Counted from the first letter of the stretch, positions 14,065 to 24,200 are shown. The stretch: 64,000 nucleotides of DNA from Mytilus trossulus (GCF_036588685.1 NC_086376.1:77417630-77481629), one strand, 5' to 3'. Notes: generated from the sequence alone by a model not told the origin. Numbers and translations: made by a program.

Positions 14065-15374
14065 CATAGTTGTACAATTTATCAAAATGATTTTTCTTTT
14101 CGTATGTAATCGTTTCTTATTAATAGTTATAAGCAACTTTCTTCCGATTCATGTTCTTACTTTATTTTTTCAAATAAAGTTTAATTGATACTGTACTATG
14201 AAAAAATCGTCTTGACTTTAAGCTTTGATTACTAGAAATCAAGCAGGGTAAATATATTTTGACTAAGAATCTTATTTGCTGTTATAAAATTATGTTAAAT
14301 TGACAATGACACTAAATTTACGATAGTATGTAATTTCCTAGTTAAGGTAATTATTTTTTCAATACACAAAACACAATATTTAGATATAAGATGTTGTTTT
14401 AATCAGTGTATATAAAGTGCGAATCCAGCTAGTTCATTTTTACTGTTATATGCGGGTATGTCTATTGTAGAATAAAGGATCATGGGAAAACTGTATTTGT
14501 TTACGTTTTGAAAATATCAAGTTAAAGGATTTTATTTAAATAAGTTAAGTTTTAACATATTTTTATTGTGATATATCTTTATAATATAGAAACATAGCAT
14601 AAAAGTTCAAATAAGTGTTATAAAAGCATCATAATATAGCATATCGATTATTGAAAGCGATCCATTTTAACTATAGATGCGATGAATTATCACTGTTAGT
14701 GCAGTCATTATTAATGTAGAATTTTCAAAGATGCGAGGAATTTTTATTGTAGAATTATGTGATAAATGCACTTGCAACAAATGAAAAAAAAACTTAGTTG
14801 ATAACTTTACGATTTATGATACATGTATTTTCAAATTGAAATACAAACTCCTCATTCATTCTTCATCAAATATATAGCTTTTCAAACTTGTAACAAAAGC
14901 GATTCTCAAAATGTCATATTGTATTCTTCAGATTACGTTCTCCTTGATTTTAACTTATATAGAGAATCACTGGAGCGTGACAGCAGCGGGTCCTCTTAGG
15001 CAGTCAGTGGGCCCCTACTTATGAAAAATTCTAGATCCGCGAATGGATACTACCGCAGAGGTAAAACCATGCACATTTGGGTTATTGTACACGAAATGCA
15101 TGCTACAATTCATTTTTGTTGATTTTAGACCCTTTGGAACTCTATGTGGGCTATTTCAGCAACTAGGCAAAAAATCCCCAAACTAGATACACGGTTAGAT
15201 TCAGCATGTCAATAAATTCCAAATATCTATATTAAAGGACTTTTGTCTATAAATTTGGACCCCACAAAATTGAAAAAGGGACCAAAAATATAAAAAAATG
15301 CATGCATCGGATACATTTGTTATTGAAGGCATGACTGTAACAATAGGATGAATATACAAAAATATCTTATTCTG

Positions 15375-15617
15375 GGGTCTCATTGGGGGGTTCTGATCCC
15401 GGATCCCGCTTACTGTTTTGGCAGATTCCCGTATTCCGCTTATTGTTTTGTCAGATTCCCGTATCCCGCTTATACTATGCAGTTCTATTTTTTTGTAATT
15501 ATCCGTGTCCCGCTAGACTTCATTTCCCGTTTTTCACTACACAATCATTTGACTTTTACCTGTCACGCTTGCAAAAAATCGGCAATCCGGCGTGACGCTT
15601 ATACCTAAATGCGACCC
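15375..15617. mobile_element. Small MITE with internal 30-bp tandem repeats
   Basis: Short TIRs gggtctcatt (15375) / aatgcgaccc (15608-15617). Internal repeats of (t/c)ccgctta(c/t)tgttttg(g/t)cagattcccgta. Ends 43 bp left of the Polinton. Confidence 0.65.
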
Positions 15618-15660
15618 ACTATTTTACCCTATTTTGACTCATATTAAGCCCATTATAAAT

Positions 15661-15782
15661 AGTAGTGGGAGTAGTGGGGGAAGTGGGGGTTCTGGCGACT
15701 TTTGTCTAATGTTAACCCTATGGGAAAAAGGTAGCCTCCTGAGAGGTAGCCTCCCGATGTGAGGCTAATTTTTATGACGTCA
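15661..15782 (+). repeat. Left terminal inverted repeat of the Polinton (with an extra 9-nt terminal reiteration)
   Basis: agtagtggg-agtagtgggggaagtgggggttctggcgac...aggtagcctcc x2...tgacgtca; reverse complement of 24577-24689. Confidence 0.95.
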
Positions 15783-16986
15783 ATTTAAGTTTGATGACAC
15801 TAATTAATTAAATTAATTACTTTGGAATATAAGGTCATTATTAAGTGTTATTAATTACGGCTAATTAATAAGCGTTATTGAATAAGTATAAATATATATT
15901 TTCTTTATATTTGATGAAAATTCCCAGTCTATAAATACATACACAGGAAAGCCCCACCTCAGTGTTAACTGATCATTATTGTATTAAATGTCTCTGGTAT
16001 TATTTATTCACCTACGGCTATTTATCTCTGATTATTAAATCAATATTGAAATCGTGTTTAAACTTGTCCAGTAGTGTACGTAATGACCTTTAACATGTTG
16101 ATACGTGTCAATAAATCTGCCCTATTGAAAAATTGCTTCGGTCTTTTGAAATCATTAAATCGTTATATTATTGACACTATTTAGTATAATGTATTTTAAT
16201 ATTTATGTTTGAAATGTTTAAAAGCATTTTATCTTGAATTAACACTGTACTAAATCACTGAAAGCGTTCATAAACTTATCTGTGTCATAATCAAGTTTGG
16301 ACTTGTCAATAATCCGATTTAATGTAGTCGCCATGTTGAAAATATTACAAACATTGTCGCGTTATGCAGTCTTTTGAAATAAGTAAATCATAATATTAAT
16401 TGAATTGAATAGTATTATTCTTACACAGATGAGATTTATCCAGTAGTTAATTTTAATGTGTTTGATGATACATACTGTTATATAAATACGTCTTTTGTTC
16501 AATATCCAACAATAATCCCTCCGTTATAATCATATATTTTACTCAGTAGTATAAATTGAAAACTTATTTGATTATTTCCTCGATCATATTCACTTTTCAA
16601 CTGAAATCCTTTTACTATAAAATGCCAAACTGTTAAACAATACATTTCAACAGTTTCTGTTGACCCCCAATAACCTGGTATGATTAAGTACATGGGTGAA
16701 TGACCATTAATGTAAACATGTCAAGTAAATATTATCAGATAATGATTATTTAAACTTTACTTTTTTATTAGGCTGTACTTAAACTTTTAAGTAATATTCA
16801 TTTTTGATAAACTTATTTATTAATAAATACTTTTATTTCAAATTATTCTGTATTACACATGTTACATCAGACTTCAGAAAATATAAATTTGCCTTGATAG
16901 CAAAGAAAAATACGTCTGATCGCTCCAACAGGTAAATTAGACTGAACTGAAAATCGATCGAAAAAATTTGCCGGATTTGAAATTAA

Positions 16987-17100
16987 CCAATCAGATTACG
17001 TAAATTACGGAATTTCCACAATTTATGAAATTTCTGCTATATAAACGCTGTGAATTGCGGGGATAGCACAGTCTTATCGATGACACTCTAAAGGTGAAAT
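16987..17100 (+). promoter_or_regulatory. Pol II promoter of the Polinton polB transcript
   Basis: CCAAT at 16987, TTACGTAA palindrome at 16996, GGAATTTCC at 17009, TATATAAA at 17038, Inr-like CAGT with A at 17070 (32 nt from TATA). Splice donor candidates at 17094, 17136 and 17141; acceptor ttttcacttttcAG at 17771-17772. Confidence 0.65.
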
Positions 17101-17357
17101 CAAGTTTATTTTGGCAGTATCTTAAGGATTTAAAGGTTTGGTATGGCTAATAATTTGTTTATTTTAAACATTTTTTAAAATTGAATAGTAAAGGATTATA
17201 TGATATAAGTTAAAGTTTTCTTGATAATTTTGTTTTTTAAATTTCAAACTTATTTTATGAATAACAATTAAATGGAATTGACAGATGCATATCTTTAGAA
17301 TAAAGAAATAAAAGGGGGAGGTTGTATTTCAATTTTGAGTTCTCGAAAGTTTGAAGT

Positions 17358-17685
17358 AGTCTCCTGCACTGGTAAGGTGTACTGACTTAGGGCAGTGTCA
17401 TTTAGCTAACAATGGAGAGGAAGTGTCATGTGGCATGCCCCGCTATAGTCAGGAAGACCTCTCCGACCAAAACCTTTGCAGTCTTGCTTAACTGCGAGAG
17501 CAGCTCTGTTTCCAGTGATGGAAATGTTGACGGGCGGTGACTACTTTGGCGAAAGCCTTAGTCAAACATTCTTGTATATCAATCAGATCGTTATTCATAT
17601 CAGTATCAAGACTGGGAACCCATACGGTCGGTAGACTGAGGAGTCGTTTTTCCGACCCGTGGGCGAGTACCAGTGGCGATAGGCT
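17358..17685 (+). ncRNA. Unidentified highly structured RNA (closed multi-helix fold, GNRA tetraloops, pseudoknot) in the Polinton polB leader/intron
   Basis: Closing helix CACUGGUA 17367-74 / UACCAGUG 17668-75. Hairpins ctgc-GAGA-gcag, tttcca-GUGA-tggaaa and ggc-GAAA-gcc. Long-range helix cagtcttg/caagactg. Loop GGAGAGG (17414-20) is complementary to CCUCUCC (17458-64). Forms a GC-rich island in an AT-rich leader. Confidence 0.7.
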
Positions 17686-17803
17686 CCTTTGATGTGAATA
17701 ATAACTGGTTGTCCGTATCATATTATAAGGAATAATAAAAATGCCTATATTGAATACACTTTCACTTTTCAGAAGAAAAAAAAAAAAAAAAAGAAGAAAA
17801 AAG

Positions 17804-20800
17804 ATGGAACCAGCATCGAAAAAAATAAAGATGGCAAAATCTCCAATTAAATGTGGTGTATGCGGAAAATCGTTTTCCCATAAAGAGAGTTTGATGCGCC
17901 ATAAGAGATCGGTTCATACTGAAACGAAATGGCATTGCCCAACCTGTGATGTAGTATTTTCAAGAAAAGACAACTACCAACGCCATAAGCGAAACCATGA
18001 TAAACAACCAGTCCAAAATGGTGCTGGTGTTACTACGACTAGTGCAGAAACAAATGAAAAGACGGATCCATGCAACTTCAAAGCGCTCAATGGAACCGTT
18101 GAAACACATTCGATCGATGCAAAAGGATTGAATAAATTTGATCCAATGTCATTCCTGAAAAGCCAGTATGATGATGTTAAAGATGTCATCAAGCGTAAAA
18201 TTATAGAAAGAGGTGGATTGAAGTGGTATCTATCCATGAAGGTTAAAATGAGCAGACGAAAAGAAGATGCCATAGAAACTGCAGAGCCGCATTTCCGGGG
18301 GAAATGCCAGACCAGTTTAAAATTGGAGGATATCGAAGCCGGATTAAAGGAATCTATCAAAAAGATGTATACATCTTTCATTGAATATCAGAGACAAGGA
18401 AGCAATTGGACTGTGGATAAAGTGGTAAATCTTACCATACACATGGCACGGTACAGACCCTTAAAAGGCTCAAGTTATATTCCACTTCCAATTAAACTCA
18501 GATCAAAACATGCCATTATCAATGTCAAAAATAGAGACAGCAAATGTTTCATGTGGTCGATTTTGGCAGCATTGAACCCAGCAAAACGTGATGCAGAGAG
18601 AGTTTGGAAATACAAGGAACACACTTCAAGTTTAAAGTTTGATACCATCATGTTTCCTGTGAAATTAGCCGACATACCCAAGTTCGAAAAACAGAACACA
18701 ATATCTATCAACGTGTTTGGGTTTAACAAAGGCGAAGTATTCCCTATACACATTTCAAAACATCGATTTGAACAGCATGTTAATCTACTCATGATATCGG
18801 ACAACAAGAAGTCACATTTCTGCTGGATTAAGGATCTCAATCGGTTATTAGGGGACCAGCATAGCCATCGCGCACGACATTTTCACTGTCCATACTGCTT
18901 ACACGGATTTACCAAAGAAAGAATATTAAGCAACCACCTACCATACTGCCAGACCCATGGACCCCAAAAAATTGAACTACCAACTGAAGACAACAAGTGG
19001 TTACATTATAAGTACATTCGTAAACAGCTTAAGGTTCCATACGTTATTTATGCAGATTTTGAGTGCCTTCAAGAACCAATAGTTGATAGTAAAGAATGTG
19101 ATCAGAAGACGAAAAAGACTACCAAACACATACCGTGTGGCTTTGCTTACAAAGTGGTAGGTCTGACACCTGAAACATCAAATGAACCAGTAGTTTATCG
19201 GGGTGCTGATGCTACTGATAAATTTGTGGAGTGCATGATAAAAGAACAGGAAGAAATAGAACAACGATTTAAGCATTGCGAACCCATGATCATGACTGGA
19301 AGTGATTGGCAATCCTTTAAGAAGGCAACCCTGTGTCACATATGTAAAAAATAATTAGCAGACATAAAAGTTCGAGATCATTGTCACGTGACTGGAAAAT
19401 TTCGAGGGGCTGCTCATAACGACTGTAATATTAATTACAAGTTTACGGGTCGAATTCCAGTTGTGTTTCATAACCTTAGAGGATACGATAGCCATTTAAT
19501 AATGCAAGCTATTGGAAAAGTTGAAGGGAAAAAGCTGAATTGCATTGCTAATAATATGGAAAAGTATATATCTTTTTCATTGGGATGTATGGATTTTATA
19601 GACTCGCTCCAGTTCATGTCTTCATCTTTACAAAAACTTGTAGAAAACCTTGCCAAAGAAGGTTCTAGCAAATTTCGACACATGACAAGCCACTTTGAAG
19701 AAGAAAAAATACACCTGCTTCTGCGAAAACAAGTATACCCATACGAGTATTTTGATTCCGAGGCAAAGTTTTTAGAATCTCAACTACCCCCGATTGAATC
19801 ATTTTACAGTACACTATCGGGAGAAAGTATAACCAAACTGGATTATGCACATGCACAACACGTATGGCAATTGTTTAACATACAGAATCTCGGACAGTAT
19901 CACGATCTATACGTACTATCAGATGTTCTTGCATTAGCCGACGTCTTTGAAAATTTCAGGGAGATCTGCCTCAACTACTATGGACTGGACGCTGCACATT
20001 TTTATACAACACCCGGTTTAGCCTGGCAAGCTGCCTTGAAAATGACAGGTGTCAAGTTGGAATTACTCACTGACATAGACATGCATTTGTTTATAGAGAA
20101 AGGCTTAAGAGGGGGCATATCAATGATAACCCATCGCCATGCCAAAGCTAACAATAAACATGTACCAAACTACAATCCAAATCAACCCATTAATCACGTG
20201 ATGTACCTAGATGCCAACAACCTATACGGATGGGCCATGTCACAAGCGCTTCCAGTTGAAGGTTTCAGATGGCTCAACGATTCTGAAATTGAGAACCTAC
20301 ACATAGGTGACGTTGAAGATGACAGTAAAAATGGTTTTATATTAGAAGTTGATTTAGAATATCCTAAGGAACTACACGACGACCACAACGAATATCCATT
20401 AGCTCCAGAAAAATTAAAAGTTACAAATGATATGTTATCACCCTATGCAGAAAAGCTATTGGATGATTTAAACTTAAAAGGAACATCGACAGAAAAATTG
20501 ATACCAAATTTACATCCAAAGCAAAAATACGTGGTACATTACAGAAATTTAAAACTCTACTTATCACTTGGAATGAGACTTACAAAGATCCATAGAGTCA
20601 TGACATTTGAACAGCGACCCTGGTTAAAGACATATATTGATTTCGATACAGAGAAGAGAAAGCTTGCAACAAATGAGTTCGAGAAGGATTTTTTCAAACT
20701 CATGAATAATGCAGTCTTTGGAAAGACGATGGAAAATTTAAGGAAGAGAACAGATATAAAACTTTTGAATGACCAATCAAAGGCCAGAAAATTAATCAGC

Positions 20801-21490
20801 AAACCAACATTTCATGCCTTCAAAATATTCAACGACGACTTGGTGGCTGTGCATATGTTGAAGCAACGATTATACTTAAACAGACCCATCTACGTGGGAT
20901 TCACTATACTCGATTTGTCAAAGACACTTATGTACGATTTCCATTATAATTACATGAAAGATAAATATGGATCTAGAGCAACACTCTTGTTTACAGACAC
21001 CGACTCGCTATGCTACAGCGTCAACACTGATGATATATATCAAGATATGTTGGAAGACAGAGACTTGTTTGATACGTCAGGGTATAACCCCGAACATCGG
21101 CTTTATAGCACTTTAAATAAAAAGGTGTTAGGAAAGATGAAAGACGAGACACATGGTATTCCCATACAGGAATTTGTTGGTCTCAAGTCAAAGATGTACT
21201 CATTGATATATGAGGAGAATAAAACAATCTGCGAGAAGAAGACAGCGAAGGGTATAAAGAAGAGTGTGATCAAACATGACACGATCAAACATGACACAAG
21301 ACACGAACATTATAAACAAAGTTTATTCAACAAAGAAATCCACATGTCTACCATGACACAGATCCGTTCATATGACCATACGTTATATAATATATCAATC
21401 AACAAACTGGGCTTATCCCCTTATGATGATAAAAGATACTTTCTAGATGATGGGATACAAAGTTTGGCTTATGGACATTGGAGAATATAA
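17804..21490 (+). pseudogene. polB: Protein-primed family B DNA polymerase polyprotein (2x C2H2 ZnF, terminal-protein/OTU-like region, EndoVII-like Zn motif, 3'-5' exonuclease, pPolB), one in-frame nonsense codon at 19352
   Basis: ORFs 17741-19354 and 19388-21490 are in the same frame, joined across one TAA (CHICKK*LADIKVRDHCHVTGKFRGAAHNDCN). Motifs: YADFE, FHNLRGYDSH, YLDANNLYGWAM, KLMNNAVFGKT, FTDTDSL. Probable start is ATG 17804 (MEPASKKIK, NLS-like) after the splice acceptor. 15-bp tandem duplication at 21268-21297 (IKHDT x2). Confidence 0.93.
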
Positions 21491-21568
21491 TCAGGATGAA
21501 AATCAATATTTAAATCACTCTACGTCTGTCATTCGAAGGAAGCGGACGTGTTTTAACAACTCTCAAAG

Positions 21569-23038
21569 ATGTCGAATACTTGTCCAGATTGTGGTTCAGA
21601 ATTTTCGAGAAAAGATGTCATGTTGCGACACCAAAGAAACAAACACAGAATCAATGATGCATATCCACCGCCGCCGCCAAAGAATGTGATACTACATCAT
21701 CCGTTCACTATGATGCTGGCTGGACCTACTGGTTCAGGTAAGACGTTTTGGATGAAAACTTTATTGGAGAGAGCACGGACTATGATTACACCATCACCAG
21801 AGAGGATAATATGGTGCTATAAACGGTGGCAGCCATTATTTAGTGAAATGCAACAGACCATTAAAAACATTTTGTTTGTTCAAGGTTTACCTGAAAATTT
21901 GAATGATGACTCATTCATGGACTCTAGATTTCCAAGTTTAATCATCCTAGACGATTTAATGAGAGACGTCACTAATAGTAAGGATGTGTGTGAACTCTTT
22001 GTGGAGGGTAGCCATCACAGGAACCTTAGCGTAGCTTGTATAATGCAAAACGCATTCTCGAAGGGAAAGGAGAGTCGAACCATGACCATCAATAGTCAGT
22101 ATATAGTCCTATTCAAAAACCCACGTGATCAAGTTGGGCCAGCCATATTTGCTAGACAGATGTATCCTAATAACCCGAAGACATTCATGAATAAATATAA
22201 AGAGGGGACACAACAACCATATGGGAGTCTATTCATTGATCTGAAACAGAATACACCGGAAGACGACAGACTAAAACTTAATATATTTGAAAGCAAGAAC
22301 ATGGTTGGTGGGGGTGATTCTAAAGAGTATATAAGCAGAAAAGAACTTGAACCACATCAGTTTGGAGAATCATTTCAAAGTGAGCAGACGTATTTACCAG
22401 ACGATAAAGAAATCATGCCTTCATGTGATGATTGCGGTGTAGTCTTTGAAAGCGTTCCTGATTTAGCTAGACATATGAATAAGTGGTGCCCGGAAAATAA
22501 TGATTTAAAGAGAAAAAGGGAAATTGAGGACGAAGACATACCCTCAAAGAAGTCTCGTGTAAACGAAATTGATATAGAAGGTGGAGAAGATATGGCTTTT
22601 ATAAAATTAGCTGAACTTGCCAGAGAGGCAAATGCAGATATATGGGAGGAAAAGGTTGATAAATACATGGATGGTGACATGAATGAAGACCACGCCATAA
22701 GTAAGGCCAATCGCAAATTAAAAGACGAGGATATGGGCCAGTTTTTGTCCAGATATAGCAGTTTAGTTGAGTATTTACTACAGTTACAAAATGGTAAACT
22801 ACATGGCAAAGTCATGCATATGATTACAGAATTAGTTAACGATGGCATGGACACTGTAAGAGCCACTAAAGTAGCCATCAGGAAATATAAACCTATGTTG
22901 GAAAGCTATCTGGATGAAGCCATTGAAAACGAAACAAATAATGATGGTTCTGAAAGTGACAATAGCATTGATGACGATGAAGAGGAAGAGGAGGAGGAGG
23001 AGGAGGAGGATGAAGACGATGAAAGTTCAACTATATAA
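21569..23038 (+). CDS. A32/FtsK-like DNA packaging ATPase with N-terminal C2H2 zinc finger, in frame with a C-terminal ZnF/acidic-tail module
   Basis: CPDC...H...H finger, Walker A GPTGSGKT, Walker B LIILDD, SHHRNLS and MQN motifs typical of Polinton/poxvirus A32-like ATPases. C-terminal CDDC...H...C finger, KRKR NLS-like stretch and poly-E/D tail. The ORF is intact. Confidence 0.9.
   Translation: MSNTCPDCGSEFSRKDVMLRHQRNKHRINDAYPPPPPKNVILHHPFTMMLAGPTGSGKTFWMKTLLERARTMITPSPERIIWCYKRWQPLFSEMQQTIKNILFVQGLPENLNDDSFMDSRFPSLIILDDLMRDVTNSKDVCELFVEGSHHRNLSVACIMQNAFSKGKESRTMTINSQYIVLFKNPRDQVGPAIFARQMYPNNPKTFMNKYKEGTQQPYGSLFIDLKQNTPEDDRLKLNIFESKNMVGGGDSKEYISRKELEPHQFGESFQSEQTYLPDDKEIMPSCDDCGVVFESVPDLARHMNKWCPENNDLKRKREIEDEDIPSKKSRVNEIDIEGGEDMAFIKLAELAREANADIWEEKVDKYMDGDMNEDHAISKANRKLKDEDMGQFLSRYSSLVEYLLQLQNGKLHGKVMHMITELVNDGMDTVRATKVAIRKYKPMLESYLDEAIENETNNDGSESDNSIDDDEEEEEEEEEEDEDDESSTI
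22328..22417 (+). promoter_or_regulatory. Putative internal promoter inside the ATPase ORF
   Basis: TATATAAG at 22328, TCAGTT Inr with A at 22359 (31 nt spacing), in-frame ATG at 22415 (MPSCDDCG...). Confidence 0.55.
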
Positions 23039-23094
23039 ATATGAGAACGTTGTCCTCTGTATATCATTCTATATTCATCATTCCATGTGAAAAG

Positions 23095-24200
23095 ATGGCC
23101 TCTTGGGAAAAGTACTTGAGAACTATTTATTACAATCCAGCTAACCCAGCGAGTTTTGCAGGGCCTGATAAACTTTACAGATTTGTTCGAACAGATGGAA
23201 AATTCGTTCTCAGTAAATATAAAATACGAAAATGGCTACAACGACAGGAACCATATAGTTTACAAAGACCCTTAAAAAGGTCGTTTAAGCGGAACAGAGT
23301 TATCGTTATTGGAATAGACGACCAATGGGATATCGATTTGATGGACATGTCTAAATTCTCGAAATTTAACAGTGGATTCAATTTCGTATTGGTGGTTATT
23401 GACATTTTCTCCAAATATGTATGGCTAAGACCTCTAAAGAATAAGAAAGGCGAATCCGTGGCGAATGCTTTGAAACACGTTTTATCAGAAGAAGATCACC
23501 AAACAGAATAAGAACAGATAAAGGACAAGAATTCAGATCAAGATTAGTAGAATCTCTCCTAAAACAGAGAAATATTCAACATTTATTTGCACAAAATACT
23601 GAAATCAAAGCTAATTACTTTGAAAGAGTTATCAAGACTATTAAATCAAAAATCATGAGATTTATCACCAGTAAGCAGTCATATGATTATGTGGATAACT
23701 TACAGAATTTTGCTAACAGCTACAATAAGACCTTCCATAGAACGATTGCCATGGCACCAGATAAAGTCACCATATCTAAAGAGACCAACCTTTGGTGGAA
23801 AATGTATTGGCCGAAAAGATTACAACCTAAGACAGAGAAAGTACGAAAACCTTTCCGTTTCAAAATCGGTGATAAAGTTCGGATTACATACATGAGAAAT
23901 CCTTTTACCAGGGAATACGATGAGAAATGGAGCGGAGAGATATTTAAAATATCTCAAAGAATATTACGTGGTGGACTCCCAGTTTATCGACTTATTGATT
24001 TTCAAAACGAAGAAATTTCAGGAACCTTCTACCATTCAGAAGTACAAAAAGTGGATGTTCGGGAAGACGATATGTGGAAAGTTGAAAAAATCCTCAAAAC
24101 AGAAGGCAAAGGACCCAACAAACAATATTATGTGAAATAGTTACACTGGCCAAAGAAATTCAATTCTTGGATTAAAGCTCGCGATTTATCTAATATCTGA
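23095..24200 (+). pseudogene. int: Retroviral-like (RVE/DDE) integrase with C-terminal chromodomain; 1-bp deletion at ~23491 and nonsense codon at 24138
   Basis: MASWEKYL...QWDIDLMD...VIDIFSKY, then after the frameshift RIRTDKGQEF...KANYFERVIKTIK, YNKTFHRTI, FKIGDKVRI and the chromodomain WKVEKIL...YYVK*LHWPKKFNSWI (TGG>TAG). TATATAAA at 23032 and TCATTC at 23064 lie upstream. Confidence 0.92.

Noticed and set aside
17634-17660. CUGAGGA followed by a gucg/cgac stem as a hammerhead core
   Set aside because: The required GAAA after stem II is absent (CCGU follows).
17367-17675. Assignment of the structured RNA to RNase P/MRP, group I/II intron, telomerase RNA or VA-type Pol III RNA
   Set aside because: The topology is loosely RNase P-like and AGGAAGACC resembles CR-I, but no CR-V partner is visible. 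There is no correctly ordered group I P7, no domain V, no telomere template and no B-box.
17488-17721. 77-aa minus-strand ORF overlapping the structured island
   Set aside because: No recognisable motifs. An open frame is expected in a GC-richer patch, and the base-pairing pattern explains the sequence better.
17741-17803. ORF-track start MPILNTLSLFRRKKKK for polB
   Set aside because: It runs through a polypyrimidine tract/AG acceptor and an A-homopolymer; ATG 17804 is the more credible start.
19352-19354. Programmed stop readthrough in polB
   Set aside because: A TAA in the middle of a conserved Zn motif with no readthrough context. The integrase is also broken, so simple mutation is more parsimonious.
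17974-23414. Several minus-strand ORFs inside the Polinton genes
   Set aside because: Antisense shadows of long coding regions, with no motifs.
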